NCBI GenBank assembly: GCA_964016885.1
Contig: CAXHJY010001372.1
Location: forward strand, 1 to 64,000
Length of the DNA stretch: 64,000 nucleotides
DNA from: Eledone cirrhosa
Taxonomy: Eukaryota
Reading direction: 5' to 3'
The position numbers and the translations under genes are program-made. Positions 40,325-53,546 of this stretch are shown piece by piece (positions within the stretch are counted from its first letter, which is position 1; each line of letters starts with the position of its first letter). Below the pieces are notes generated by a model. It was not told where the DNA came from. It ran no database searches and saw only the letters and a list, made by a program, of their open reading frames with translations.

Positions 40325-40578
40325 CATCATTTTGACGTCCGCTTTTCCCTGCTTGCAATGGTGGGACGGGAAGTGATTCTGGCTTGATTTCTACAGCTGG
40401 ATGCCCTTCCTAACACCAACCTCATTTACAGTGAGTGCTGGGTGCTTTTTTTCCATGGCGCCTTCCAGTCCACTTTACAGTGTGGGCTGGGTGCTTTTTT
40501 TGTCGTGGCTCTGAGAATTGAACTCACAACCTTTCGATTGCAAGGCCAATGCTCTAACCACTAAGCCATGTGCCTCCA
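40325..40578 (-). mobile_element. SINE family B, internally deleted
   Basis: Head and tail match the 29222 copy. Confidence 0.85.
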
Positions 40579-40729
40579 TATATATATATATATGTATATA
40601 TATATTTATTATACTTTGCGAGGGTCATGCTGCCAATAAGGACACACGCACCTGTTGGTTTTCACTTCAATTTATTATAAATTTCTGGTTGATTGGTTGG
40701 TTCGATAACCAGACGGTTGTTTATATATT

Positions 40730-40772
40730 GTCAAAGCTCTTTCGTCACACACTCTGTGACCTCCTCAGTGAC
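40730..40772 (-). ncRNA. Minimal hammerhead motif (same family as 11898)
   Basis: Reverse complement: GTCA-CTGAGGA-G-GTCACA-GAGTG-TGTGAC-GAA-AGAGCT-T-TGAC. Confidence 0.72.
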
Positions 40773-40899
40773 TGGGGTTTTATTTTGTGTCTCTGCTTTG
40801 TTCCGTCGTACACCATCTTCTTTATATATATATATATATCAGGTACTGGAACTAGGCTAGTCAGGCGACTATTTCTTGCTCAGGTTTGCCATTTTGGGC

Positions 40900-41955
40900 T
40901 TAGTTTCTATGGCCCTTCCTAACACAAACCACTCTACAGTGTAGACTGCAAGCATATTATCATGACTCTGACTCTACTATCTTACAGGGTGGACTAAGTA
41001 CTTGTTATTGTAGCACCAGCACTACCACTTTACAATATGTACTGGAAGCATGTTATTGTGATTCCAGCACTATCACCTTACAGATTGGACTGGTTGTTTT
41101 TTTATTGTGGCACCAGCACGTCAACCTTATATGGCAGACAATATGTTTTTGTCATGGCACCAACACTACAGAGCAGACTGGATACATTTTTTTTGTCATG
41201 GCACCAACACTACCACTTTACATGGCAGACTGCATGCTTTTTATCATGGCACTAACACTACCACCTTACAGGGCAGACTAGATGCTTTTTATCATGGCAC
41301 CAGCACTACCACCTTACAGGGCAGACTGCATGCTTTTTATCATGGCACTAACACTACCACCTTAGAGGGCAGACTGCATGCTTTTTATCATGGCACCAGC
41401 ACTACCACCTTACAGGGCAGACTAGATGCTTTTTATCATGGCACCAGCACTACCACCTTACAGGGCAGACTGCATGCTTTTTATCATGGCACTAACACTA
41501 CCACCTTAGAGGGCAGACTGCATGCTTTTTATCATGGCACCAGCACTACCACCTTACAGGGCAGACTAGATGCTTTTTATCATGGCACCAGCACTACCAC
41601 CTTACAGGGCAGACTGCATGCTTTTTATCATGGCACTAACACTACCACCTTAGAGGGCAGACTGCATGCTTTTTATCATGGCACCAGCACTACCACCTTA
41701 CAGGGCAGACTAGATGCTTTTTATCATGGCACCAGCACTACCACCTTACAGGGCAGACTGCATGCTTTTTATCATGGCACTAACACTACCACCTTAGAGG
41801 GCAGACTGCATGCTTTTTATCATGGCACCAGCACTACTACCTTACAGGGCAGACTAGATGCTTTTTATCATGGCACCAGCACTACCACCTTACAGGGCAG
41901 ACTAGATGCTTTTCGTCGTGGCACCAGCACTATTACTTTACAGGGTGGAATGGGC
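40900..41955 (+). repeat. Second 48-bp satellite, ~21 units, with 144-bp higher-order repeat
   Basis: Unit ttacagggcagactgcatgctttttatcatggcaccagcactaccacc; starts directly after retroposon remnant gcccttcctaacac. Confidence 0.95.
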
Positions 41956-42270
41956 ACAGTTTAACTGCTGCACATGATGAACATAGATAGTACAGTTTTA
42001 GTTCATCAAAGCAACCTAATCAGTGAGAGTGCTCAAGGAATCAACAAGAAGTCAGTGCTTGACTTTATGTTTAAATTAAAGGAGAAAAAACAGAGACCTG
42101 AAATACACCACACAAAGAAAATGGGGAATATTTACCACAATAGTTCTATGAAATGGACTTCATTTTTGTATTTATATTACAAGACATAGAGGACCAAAAT
42201 AGTCATTGAGATGGTCACAAGAACTTTGACAATTAAATAACCATCTGTATGAATGAATTAGATACCTGAT

Positions 42271-42460
42271 TAATAATTGTTTCTACGTTAGGCACAAGGC
42301 CAGCAATTACCCAGTGCATTACTGGTACTTTATTTTATCGACCCCGTAAGGATGAAAGGCAAAGCCAACCTCGGCGGGATTTGAACTCAGATCGTAAAGG
42401 GACGTAACTATGCTGCAAAGCATGGCGTCCGACCCTCTACCGATACTGCCAATCCACCGT
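42271..42460 (-). mobile_element. SINE family A, full length
   Basis: Consensus match. Confidence 0.9.
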
Positions 42461-42627
42461 GGTTTCTGATTTAGACACAAGGCCAAAAGTTAGCTGGCTC
42501 AAACAGCAGCCAATTCACTACCCCAACTACCACCACCGAAACCATCGGGGTGGGGGGACAATGAATGAAATATGTAAAATAACTTGCCTTTGTTATCATA
42601 GTAATATATATATATATATATATGAAT

Positions 42628-42858
42628 ATAGGAAAAGAGTCAGGACCCTGACGGCAGAGCTCAAGCCGCTTCAACTGCTATTTCTGGACAGAGTCTATAT
42701 CAGAGTCCAGAAATAGCCGTCGAAACGGCTTGAGCTCTGCCGTCGGGGTCCTGACTCTTTTCCTATTACCCACTCTACTACCCAAAGTATCGAGTACTCT
42801 GGTCTGTTATGGTCCACCTTGTTCCTTACCACACTTCCTACACTTCCTTCGTTATATA
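42628..42858 (+). mobile_element. Palindromic element family P, copy 3
   Basis: ~62-bp arms spanning 42628-42766 with 4 mismatches; shared tail. Confidence 0.8.
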
Positions 42859-42942
42859 AGACTTTGCCAGGTGGAGCTATTAAGTTAGACATGGACTGGG
42901 CCAATACATGCCAAAACTTATCAAAGTTTTATATATATATGT

Positions 42943-43088
<146 letters not shown>

Positions 43089-43213
43089 CTACAAAACCAA
43101 ATTGTAAAATCATATAAAATTAAATTAAATTGTTTAGAACTACAAGTGAAGTCATTCTTTTCTTCTTTTTAAATATACCAAACTGTACCAAGGATTTCAC
43201 ACATTTTCCAATG

Positions 43214-43253
<40 letters not shown>

Positions 43254-43304
43254 CACATACATACATACGTAGGTACATACATATATACATACATACATAC
43301 CAAA

Positions 43305-43480
43305 GTATGACTGAACTTGGATTTGCAGACAAAGAACGCAGCTCCCTAATTCATAGTCTGCAAATGACTGCGATAGCTGGCACCTTCAAAATTTGCAAAA
43401 CATTCTTGCGATTCAAGGGATGACAATTTCTTTTCTTTTACAACCTTGCCACCAGGAAGGTGGCCGGTCAAAAAAATATA
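43305..43480 (+). mobile_element. Possible RLE-type LINE extreme C-terminus and 3' UTR
   Basis: LGFADKERSSLIHSLQMTAIAGTFKICKTFLRF* resembles the terminal LQxxxxxGTxxIxRxxL helix of R4-like ORFs. Confidence 0.5.
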
Positions 43481-43489
43481 AAGGAAGAG

Positions 43490-43541
<52 letters not shown>

Positions 43542-44302
43542 TATACCATTGGTTAGCTGGTTCAAATAGCAGCTAGTTAATCCATCAATCCCTGTATTTC
43601 TATGTCAACATGTCAAAACATTTTGACATGAACCATATTTCTGTTTTGTCTCAAGACTTTGACCTTTGACAGAACTCTGCTTAATTGAGGACTTCCATCT
43701 TTTGTTAGGTTGACAGGGTTTTAATGGTAGGGAGGCTATGGTGAGAGGGTGGTGGGTGTGTTGTTACTAATGTGAAGGATCATTGTTGCTGGTGTTGGTG
43801 GTGGTGATGGTGGTGATGGTAGTGGGGTGTAGTGATGGGAGTGGTGGTAGTGATGGTGGTGGTTATAGTGGTGATGGTGGTGGTGGTGATGTGGTGGTGG
43901 TTTGGTGGTGGTTATGGTGGTGGTGATGTGATGGTGGTAGTGATGTGATGGTGGTGATGTGATAATAGTGATGGTAGCGGTGGTGGTGATAGTGATGGTG
44001 GTGATGGTAATAGTTGTGGTGGTGGTGGTGGTGGTGGTGGTATTAATTTTTTTGTTTCTCTAACTAGTGACTATAAAGAAAGAATAAAAGACATTTTCCT
44101 CTCTCCCTCTCTCTATCTATCTATCTATCTCACTCTCTCTATTTATCTTTATCTATCTATCTCTCTATCTCTTACTCATTATGGTTAACTTTGCCTTTCA
44201 TCCTTACGGGGGGGGGGGGGGGGGTCGATAAAATAAAGTACCAGTAATGTACTGGGATAATTGCTGGCCTTCTGCCAAAAGTAGAAACAATTATTAGCTT
44301 AA

Positions 44303-44795
44303 CCCCCTTCATACCAAACCTGCACCACTAACCCCACCCTGCCCTGATTTTGCAGTACAAAACTATTTATTTTAAAATGTTTATAATTATGTAAAAATCT
44401 TCCATTATCAATTTTATATAAGAACCATTGTTATGTTCTCAACACCAGTTTAATAATGACAAAGTTATATTATTAAATACTTCAAAATTATTTGAAAACC
44501 ATAGGCAGTACCTATTATTAAAAATCACAGGCAGGGCCTATTATTAAAAACCATAGGCAGTGCTTGTTATTGAAAATCATAGGCTGTGTCTGTTATTAAA
44601 AATAATAGGCCGTGCCTATCATTAAAAATCATATGCAGTGCTTGTTATTAAAACCATAGGCAGTGCCTGTTATTAAAACCATAGGCAGTGCCTGTTATTA
44701 AAACCATAGGCAGTGTTTGTTATTAAAACCATAGGCAGTGTTTGTTATTAAAACCATAGGCAGTGCCTGTTATTAAAAATATGGAAATGAAATGG
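44303..44795. mobile_element. TTAA-flanked MITE (piggyBac-like) with internal 25-27-bp tandem repeat (~11 units, 44496-44778)
   Basis: TTAA-CCCCCTTCATACCA ... TGGAAATGAAATGG-TTAA; unit aaaaccataggcagtgcctgttatt. Confidence 0.65.
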
Positions 44796-45305
44796 TTAAT
44801 ATCATCAGCATTGCCTCATCACCATCACCACAGTCATCGTCATCACCATAACCATTATCCTCATCATCGTCACTCCCACCAACAACACCATCAGCCTCCC
44901 CAACACCACCACCATTACTATTATCATCCCCACCACCATCATCATCATCATTATAATGACCACTATCATTGCCACCTCTAGCATCGCCATCCTCATCATA
45001 GCATTATATAAATCTGTGCAACCATTATATAAATACCACAATACCATTCAAACATAATCTGAGCATGATGGGGTATAGTAAGGCATGATGGATAGGGCGT
45101 AAATACATGAGGATAAATAGGGAAGAGGTATATATGGACCCATAACTCCTGAGGGAGTCAATAATTGTGACATATTGGCATACAGCATTTCTTGATGAGA
45201 ACAGGAAAATAACTGTCTTTCAGATTTTGAACAGTTTTTGACAGACATATTTGCTAAAATCAGCTTCTCAGTAACTGTTGCTTACCCTGCTGTGGGCTCC
45301 TTTAA

Positions 45306-45516
45306 CCCATTAGCATATAAACCGGCCATATCCGGCCAGAATTCTCTCACCTCTTTCTGTTCAAACTGGCTGCTCATACCAACATTAAGGTATTGTTCTC
45401 ATAATAAATAATATCAAGATCTCATAGATTCGATATTATGTGAGATAATTATGTGAGGTAAAGCCTTTACAGTGAAAATACAATAGAAAATATAGAATAT
45501 TGTAAATGCTAAAGGG
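45306..45516 (-). mobile_element. piggyBac-like MITE (CCCTTTAGCAT TIR)
   Basis: TTAA-CCCATTAGCAT...ATGCTAAAGGG-TT; homologous to 62650-62865. Confidence 0.8.
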
Positions 45517-45518
45517 TT

Positions 45519-45777
45519 TGTAGCGACTAGCGCCACCTTGCCCAGGGAGAAAAAACTAATTGGAGTTACTTCTCGTTGAATTCTAGAAGATTCCTTGAAC
45601 TTCCGGTCTAGGGATTATAAAGGAGGGAGATAAGAGACATCTTAGCTTATTTGGCGACCGGCTCTCGGACAGTTCACTCACAAGCGTTAACCTTATTATA
45701 TCTGTATCGAATTTAATTAGTGGTTGGCCTGCAGTGGCGTTTACCAAAGTAAATAACCCTGTGACCAACTCACTAAA
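45519..45777 (+). mobile_element. 259-bp insertion, probable solo LTR, 4-bp TSD GGTT
   Basis: Starts TGTAGCGA, ends TCACTAAA (near TCGCTACA); GGTT at 45515-18 and 45778-81; absent from the paralog at ~55820; TATAAA at ~45616. Confidence 0.75.
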
Positions 45778-46020
45778 GGTTAAATAAAGTGGTAGATATT
45801 CTGGTTTCTTTGATTCAACAATTATGAAAACCTACTGAAAGGATTGACCAATATATTGATCATTTCTTGACGAGAACATGAAAATGACTGTCTGAGATTT
45901 TGAGCAGTATTCGACAGAAACATCAGATATTGGTGTCATTACCATAAAAATTGACAGAAGTAGTTTGGGCTTATGGGTTGTGTTAAGTGTTAAAATAATC
46001 ATATATTTCTCTAAATAACA

Positions 46021-46178
46021 TATGGTAGGATATGGGATAGTATGGTGTGGTGTGGTGTGGTATGATATAGCATTGTATGGTATGATATGACATGGTATGG
46101 TATGATATGACATGGTATGGTATGGTATGGTATGATATGGCATCGTATGGTATGATATGGTATATGATATGATATGGT
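46021..46178. repeat. (TATGG/TATGA)n pentanucleotide microsatellite
   Basis: Direct reading. Confidence 0.9.
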
Positions 46179-46569
46179 CCAATAACTCTTGGAGCTGTAG
46201 GGGTGCTGCAATGGCATACAGCTTTTCTAGGGTATTTTAAAGACCTGGCAGAATCCATCCCTTTCCATGTCTGAATACAGCAGATTTCTTCCAGAGAAGG
46301 ATAGAGAGAGTGCGAGAGGAAGAATCAACTGGTACGTTTTTTATCAAGCTCGAATGGATGAAAGACAAAGTTGACCTTGGCAGGATTTGAACTGAGAGAG
46401 TAGAGAATCGAAACAAATACTGCAAAGCATTCAATCCAATACTCTAATGGATATTAATGGAGAGGTAAAGTTATTTAAACCCTGAGAAGGCACACAAAAA
46501 TTGATCCCAAGAAACATGAAAGCAACAATGGCCAGTCTAAGTAATTTCAGGTGAAAATATGGATGATGA

Positions 46570-46850
46570 TATTTAAATAAAACAACAAAGGAAAGGGAAA
46601 GAAGAAAAGAAAAAAAGAGAAAGAAGCAAAAAAGGACAAGGAGAGAAAGAGGGTGGGTCAGATTTTTTACCCCAGTCTGGGTGGTGATTCGGAGAGAATG
46701 AAGCCTTAAAGGAAAAGGAGAGAGGGATGGAGTGACACAGATTGACCCCAATCTGAATGGTGATTTGGCCATACACCGCAGAGAGAATGATGAAGGCATT
46801 GCCATGGAGAAAGGCCAGTGACACCCATTACCTCGGCCAACCCACCTAAC
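46570..46850 (-). mobile_element. CRE-like LINE 3' fragment
   Basis: VSLAFLHGNAFIILS; shares ccccagt..ggtggtgattc with 8055. Confidence 0.55.
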
Positions 46851-46977
46851 ACTACTTGACAACAGAAAAAGAAAGAAACAAATTAAGACACGATACTGTC
46901 TACACTGGAGAAGACTCCATTAACCCAGGCAAGCATGGACAAGGAAATTAAATCAGAACAATATAAACCCCATGACA

Positions 46978-47008
<31 letters not shown>

Positions 47009-47272
47009 GATGATGAAGTATTTATAACAGTTTTACTATATAAAATAACTCCCTAGGTGTTACATAACTCCTAGAGAGAACATGTGTCATTGACAGCTGA
47101 AATATTATTTATTAGGGTTACATGAGCCCCTTTTTAAGGGTTTATTATAAACCTTCCACATTTTTGTTGTACAACAATAATAAAACTATTTCCTTTACAC
47201 AAGCTGTAGTCTGTTATTAAGGAATTTACCTCCCCTGCCTCTCCTCCTAGACATCTACACACACACACACAC

Positions 47273-47335
<63 letters not shown>

Positions 47336-47609
47336 TGTATATATATATGTGTATATATATATGTGTGTGTGTATATATATAAATATGTGTGTGTGTATAT
47401 ATATATATGTGTGTGTGTATATACATATACATGTGTATATAGATATATATGTGTGTGTGTGTGTATATATATGTGTGTGTGTATATATAGTGTATATATA
47501 GATAGATAGATAGATATACAAACACACAAACATATACATACAAGCGTACATATATTATATAAACGCACACCACATATAAACATACAGTATGTTCACATCA
47601 TATATTTAC

Positions 47610-48045
47610 ATCATCATCATCATCATCGTTTAACGTCCCATATTCCACGCTTGCATGGGTTTGGACGGGAGTTTTCCCACTTGAGGCAAGAGTGGTTGTC
47701 TTGCTCATATAGGACTGTCTGGCGGGTTTTCTACAGCTGGATGCCCTTCCTAACACCAACCACATTTACAGTGTGGAACTGGGAGGTTTTTACCGTGTTG
47801 CCTACACGGCCACATTACAGCGTGGACTGGGTGTTTTTTTTGTCGTGACACCTACACGACCTCATTTGTTTCGGCCTGGATGTTGTGGTACCAACATAAC
47901 TTTACATTGAAAGGGGTGGTGTGGATGGGGTGGGGGTAGTGGGACGGGGGTGTATTTTGTTAGAGGTGCCTACTGACTGTAGTAGGTTTTACTTTGTATT
48001 TAGATAAGGCGGGTCTTCTCTATTACTGTGTAGCGCCAAAGATTT
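47610..48045 (-). mobile_element. RTE LINE 3' UTR, second copy of 36001-36440
   Basis: Colinear match including cctactgactgtag and aaggcgggtcttct. Confidence 0.88.
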
Positions 48046-48350
48046 ACATATTATATATAATCATATACACACATACATACAATGATGAATGCATGCATAC
48101 ATACATACATACATTACATACATACATACATATATATCCAGCCATAAAACTATGATAAAACTGGAGAAAAAAAAATGAATACAGTGCTACAGCATGGCCA
48201 CAATCCAACAACTGAAACCACTAAAAGAATAAAAGAATATACTCACAAACATACACATGTATGCACAAATATATACATACACATGTACATACATATGTAC
48301 ATTAATATATATGTACATACACACCAACATACACATATATACATATTTAA

Positions 48351-48709
48351 CCCTTTAGCATTCACATTATTCTATCATCATCATCATCATCGTTTAACGT
48401 CTATCTTCCACACTAGCATGGGTTTAGACGGGAATTATCCCACTTGAGGCAAGATTGGTCGTCTCGCTCGTATAGGTCTGTCTGGCAGGTTTTCTACGGC
48501 TGGATGCCCTTCCTCTATATATACTATTATATGTTCATAGTAAAGGCTTTACCTCACATATCTCACATAATATTGAATCTATGAGATTTTGAAAGTATTT
48601 ATTTTGAGAACAATACCTTAACATCAGTATGAGCGACCAGTTACAGCCAGTTTCAACAGAAAGCGGTAGAGAATTCTGGCCAGTTTTGGCCGGTTTGAAC
48701 ATTAAAGGG
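48351..48709 (+). mobile_element. piggyBac-like MITE interrupted by an RTE tail (48375-48513)
   Basis: TTAA-CCCTTTAGCATT ... TTAAAGGG-TTAA. Confidence 0.8.
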
Positions 48710-48956
48710 TTAAATTGACAAATACATCATCACATAAGATTTCGAATTGGTACACCAGGGTTTCAGGGTGGCCAGCATATGGGCCCCCATTTGCTCAAAA
48801 TAGTGAGAGAGATTGGTAGAGCAGGAGAGACAGAGGCAGTGAGAGATTGGTTCCTTTGTGTTCGGACCTGACCTGGTGTATATGTATGTTTCACAGACAC
48901 ACGCTCACACTGAGGCAGTGTAGTTATTTACTTTTTAATTTGATATTTAGGTGCAT

Positions 48957-49340
48957 GGAGGCACATGGCTTTGTGGTTAGAGCATTGGCCTTGCAATCGA
49001 AAGGTTGTGAGTTCTATTCTCAGACCGGGTGATGTGTTGTTTCCTTGAGCAAGACACTTTATTTCACATTGCTCCAGTTTACTCAGTTGTAGAAATGAGA
49101 TGATAGGGACTGGGGTCCCTATCATTCCACTGCAAAGTGGTCGTGGGGGTGCCAGTGTAAAGTGGACATGTAGGCACCATGGGAAAAAAGCACCCAGCAC
49201 TCACTGTAAATGAGGTTGGTGTTAGGAAGGGCATCCAGCTGTAGAAATCAAGCCAGAATCAGTTCCCGTCCCACCCTTGCAAGCAGGGAAAAGCGGACGT
49301 AAAATGATGATGATGATAAAATGATAATGATGATGATGAT
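48957..49340 (+). mobile_element. SINE family B, full length
   Basis: Matches the 29222 and 60411 copies. Confidence 0.9.
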
Positions 49341-49650
49341 GTGGGTGTCCATGAAACATATACACAATGGAACCAAACTCCCACTGTCACTGCCACAGTT
49401 TCTCCCACTCTCTCATTATTAGGGACAAATGGGGGCCAACATGTTGGCTGTCCCGTGGCCCTGGCAGACAGAATAGAGAGGTGTTTGCCCAGAGGATAGT
49501 GAGGGAAACATGCTGGAAGATCCATTCCAGCTCTAGAGGCTCACACCTGCAGGTAGTCATCTGTGCCATGGCAGTGAGTAGGGAGGTGGCCCTAGGGTCA
49601 AGGTCACCAGAAGTCCCCACTGCTATGAGCTCGACTGCAAACATTAACAT
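49340..49650 (-). mobile_element. CRE-like LINE 3' fragment
   Basis: LIAVGTSGDLDPRATSLL...EPLELEWIFQHVSLTILWAN matches the CRE RLE C-terminus. Confidence 0.72.
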
Positions 49651-49774
49651 AAAATAAAGCAGAAGTTTAGAGTTTTGCAATTTAAAACAATATGGTCAAG
49701 AGGTGAACCCTTTTTGAGGTGCCATCAGTGGTGTGGAGTTGTTTGGTGGACATGGTTTGGAGGGCAGACAATAT

Positions 49775-50250
49775 TTCCCTGGCACTTTTATTTTATCGGC
49801 CCCAGAAGGATTTAAAATTGACTTTGGGAAGGTTTGAACTGAAATAATTACCTTGTGGTATTTTGTCTAATGATTCTGCCAATCTAACTAGCATAATAAT
49901 GGTTTCAGATTTAGGCGCAGTACTTACTGGCACTTTATTTTATCGACCCCGGGTAAGGATGAAAGGCAAAGCTAACCTCTGTGGGATTTGAACTCAAGAT
50001 GTAAAGGGCCGCAACTCTGCCGTGATGTATGGTTTCCGACACTCTTCAGATACTGCCAAATAATTGTTTCTACTTTTTGGCACAAGGCCAGCAATTACCC
50101 AGTGCATTACTGGTACTTTATTTTATTGACCCCGTAAGGATGAAAGGCAAAGTTAACCTCGGCGAGATTTGAACTCAGACCGTAAAGGGACATAACTACG
50201 CTGGAAAACATGTCCGACCCTCTACCGATACTGCCAATTCACCGCCTTGA
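49775..50250 (-). mobile_element. SINE family A cluster (3 copies)
   Basis: Consensus match. Confidence 0.85.
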
Positions 50251-50322
50251 TACTGCCAAATAATGGCAGCAATAATAAGATCTGTATTTATCTTCACCGA
50301 TCAGTGAGCAAAAAATATTGAT

Positions 50323-50790
50323 AGATGGTACCGGCATGTCCTAGAAAGAGCCCTTGATGACAGAGACAAATCCAAGATAATTGGAGATTTCACTATCAAA
50401 ATGGACCTCAGATAGAAACACAACAGACCTGATATTATAGTTATGCAGAGAAATAGCTGTGAATGCCATACTATTGATCTTACCATCCCATTAGACCACA
50501 AGAAAGCCTTGAAAAAAATTAAATTGAAAACAAGCAAAATATACTGACTAGAAGATGGAAATTGTATGAATAAAGTCAATACTACCTAACATCAAGATAA
50601 TGCTAGTCATCAGAGTTTGGGGCTCAATACCACTAAAACTGAGAGGGTATCTTAAGTAAATAGTCCTCAAATCACATATTGCTCTCATGCAAAAGACTGT
50701 CCTGATGGTCACTACTCATATATCTATAGACTGTGTTGTCTAAGTTCCTTGTTGAGACACGGTAGACAGTAGAAGATCTTCTAATTATCC
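50323..50790 (+). pseudogene. R4/Dong-like non-LTR retrotransposon RLE domain remnant
   Basis: WYRHVLERAL..KIIGDFTIKMDLR*KHNRPDIIV..CHTIDLTIPLD...MQKTVLMVTTHI, the RPD-D-PxD endonuclease motif, with stops and frameshifts. Confidence 0.82.
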
Positions 50791-50926
50791 TATTCACTGG
50801 ACAAGCCCTAAATAATGGTAACTTTGAATAAGAATCAACTTAGACATTGATAACCCATCCAACCCATTTTTATAAACCTTTTACCAACATCGACACATTT
50901 TTTCATATATCATATATGATATTTAA

Positions 50927-51800
50927 GGTGGTGAATTGGCAGAGTCATTAGAGCTTTGGCTAGAATGCCTTGTGGTATTTGTGTTGGATCTCTACCCTCT
51001 CAGTTCAAAACAAGGCCAACGATTTTGGGGAAGGGAAAGCTGATTTAATTGACCTCAGTGTGTTTCTGTTACCAACCACATAAGGATAAAGACAAAGCTA
51101 ACCTCGGCAGGATTTGTACTTCAAATGTTAAGAGCCATAACTCTATGCCACAAAAGCATGTTGTCTGACACACTACTGACAATCACCATTTATGGTTTCT
51201 GATTTAGGCACAAGGCCAGCAATTTTGGGCAAGGGGAAAGTCGATTAAATTGACCCCAGTGTGTTATTGGTATTTTATTTTATCAATCCAGGGATGAAAA
51301 ACAAAACTAACCTTGGTGGGATTTGTACTCAGAACATAAAAGGCCATAACTATATGGTGCAAAGCATGTCTGACGCTCTACCGATACTCACAAACCAGAG
51401 CCCTGCAGACCATAAATAATGGTTTCTGATTTAGGCACAAGGCCAGCAATTTTGGAGGAGAGAAAAGTCGATTAAATCGACCCCAGTGCGTGACTGGTAC
51501 TTTATTTTATTGACTCCGTAAGGATGAAAGGCACAACTAACCTTGGTTGGATTTGTACTCAGAACATAAAAGGCCATAACTATATGGTGCAAAGTATGTT
51601 GTCTGACGCTCTACCAATACTCCCAAACCACCACCCTGCAGACCATAAATAATAATTGTTTCTACTTTTGGCACAAGGCCAGCAAGTACCCAGTGCATTA
51701 CTGGTACTTTATTTTATCGACTCAGTAAGGATGAAAGGCAAAGTTAACCTCGGCAGGATTTGAACACAGAATGGCAAGAGCCGTAACCCTGTGCGTCAAA
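50927..51800 (-). mobile_element. SINE family A cluster (about 4 tandem-like copies plus a + head)
   Basis: Consensus match; linker ccctgcagaccataaataat repeated. Confidence 0.85.
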
Positions 51801-52302
51801 GCATAAATAATAATGCTTTCTTTATTAACCACAAGGGTTTACATAAAGTAGACATTAAGGACAGTACAGGACAATACAGGACGGTAATAATACTAATAAC
51901 AACAACAACCATAACAATCCTGAACAAAGAAGTTACATAACTAAAGTGAACAAAAATAGATTTTAAGATTTTGTTGCAAATTTTGGTTTTATATTTAAAC
52001 AAAGGTTGCCATAATGATATATGTCACAATAGATATGGTGACAACTTTGTATGGAATTCTTTATTGTCAATTCCAAATATGGACAGCAGAGTTTTTCTGT
52101 GGAGTTGGAGTTTTAATAGAATTGGTTTCAGTGGTGACGGCTGGAACTATCAATGGCGTTAAACATTTAGAAACGGTTTGTTTTATGGCGTTAATGTCTG
52201 TCGAGAAACTAATCCACTGAAGCAGTGAAAATTATAGAAATCTATGAAAAAAGATACAAAAGTAACAACAAAATATTATATATATCCACATATATACACG
52301 CA

Positions 52303-52305
<3 letters not shown>

Positions 52306-52340
<35 letters not shown>

Positions 52341-52517
52341 TGTATGTATGTGTGTATATATACATATATATATGTACAAATGTATGTATATATATATACA
52401 TATATATATATATATACGTACGTATGAATATGTATACATATATATATATATATGTATGAATGTGTATACATATATATATATATATGTATGAGTATGTATA
52501 CATATATATATATATGT

Positions 52518-52556
<39 letters not shown>

Positions 52557-52628
52557 TGTATACATATATATATATATATGAATATGTATACATATATATA
52601 TATATATATATATGTATGAATATATACA

Positions 52629-52672
<44 letters not shown>

Positions 52673-52745
52673 TGTGTATGTGTGTGTATATATATATATA
52701 TATGTATATATATATGTATATATATATATGTGTATGTATATATGT
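52306..52745. repeat. (TA)n microsatellite
   Basis: Direct reading. Confidence 0.93.
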
Positions 52746-53137
52746 GAGCTTGGCAGATGTTTTAATGTGAGTACTAGTAATTTGGGACTATCATACTGAA
52801 ATTAGTAAGGTGGCACTCGCAACAAAGAAGTCACAACACATGCCTCTTGATGTCAACCAGGAAAACTATCATCTTATAATGTTTTATTATAGCTATATTG
52901 CACCTGTTGTGAAATAAGAGTGTTATTTTCTTTGTTGTTTTTCGTGTATTACACCCACATACATGAAACTGTTACAGTATAGTCATACAGAAATATATGT
53001 ACATATATATACACACATATACATACACACATACATATATAAGAAGGTACATATACACAGAGAGTGTATAAGCATGTTTCAAAAGTTCCATGTTGAAATG
53101 TGTGTGTACGTGTGTGTATGTATATGTGTGTCTGTAT

Positions 53138-53169
<32 letters not shown>

Positions 53170-53546
53170 GCATGTATATAGTATGAGTATTTCTATTTCT
53201 ATATGCATATATGTGTGTGCATATATCTATCTATCTCTATATATATGCACATAATATATATATGTGTGTGTGTGTGTATTATTTGTGTGTGAATTTTAAA
53301 TATTTTTTTATATATATATTTTTTTATGTTCCAGGTACTAACCACAAAACCTTGTCCAAAGCCAGCTGTTGATTTTCTTTCTTGACAATGACAACCTTTT
53401 CATCTTAAATTCAGGGCTCTTTCTTCTGTCTATATCTATAATACAATGCCCTTTGTTTAATTCCTATGAACTCAGAAAAATATAGGGTCCGAAAAAAAAA
53501 TTGACATCCCCCATATAAACTCAGAAACCTAAATCACAATATTACT

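Larger units (their letters stand above)
45265..46447. repeat. Composite segment duplicated in inverted orientation at ~55261-56058
   Basis: ttctcagtaactgttgcttaccctgct, gtggtagatattctggtttctttgattc, gacagaagtagtttgggcttatgggttgtgttaagtg and others all reverse-complement match. Confidence 0.9.

Noticed and set aside
41107-41964. 285-aa repeat ORF
   Set aside because: Translation of the second 48-bp satellite
41975-42125. Possible minus-strand acceptor (gtatttcag) near 42097
   Set aside because: No coherent reading frame or donor identified
53318-53372. Possible acceptor (ttttatgttccag) and short terminal exon TNHKTLSKASC*
   Set aside because: No upstream exon or homology recognisable; needs RNA-seq
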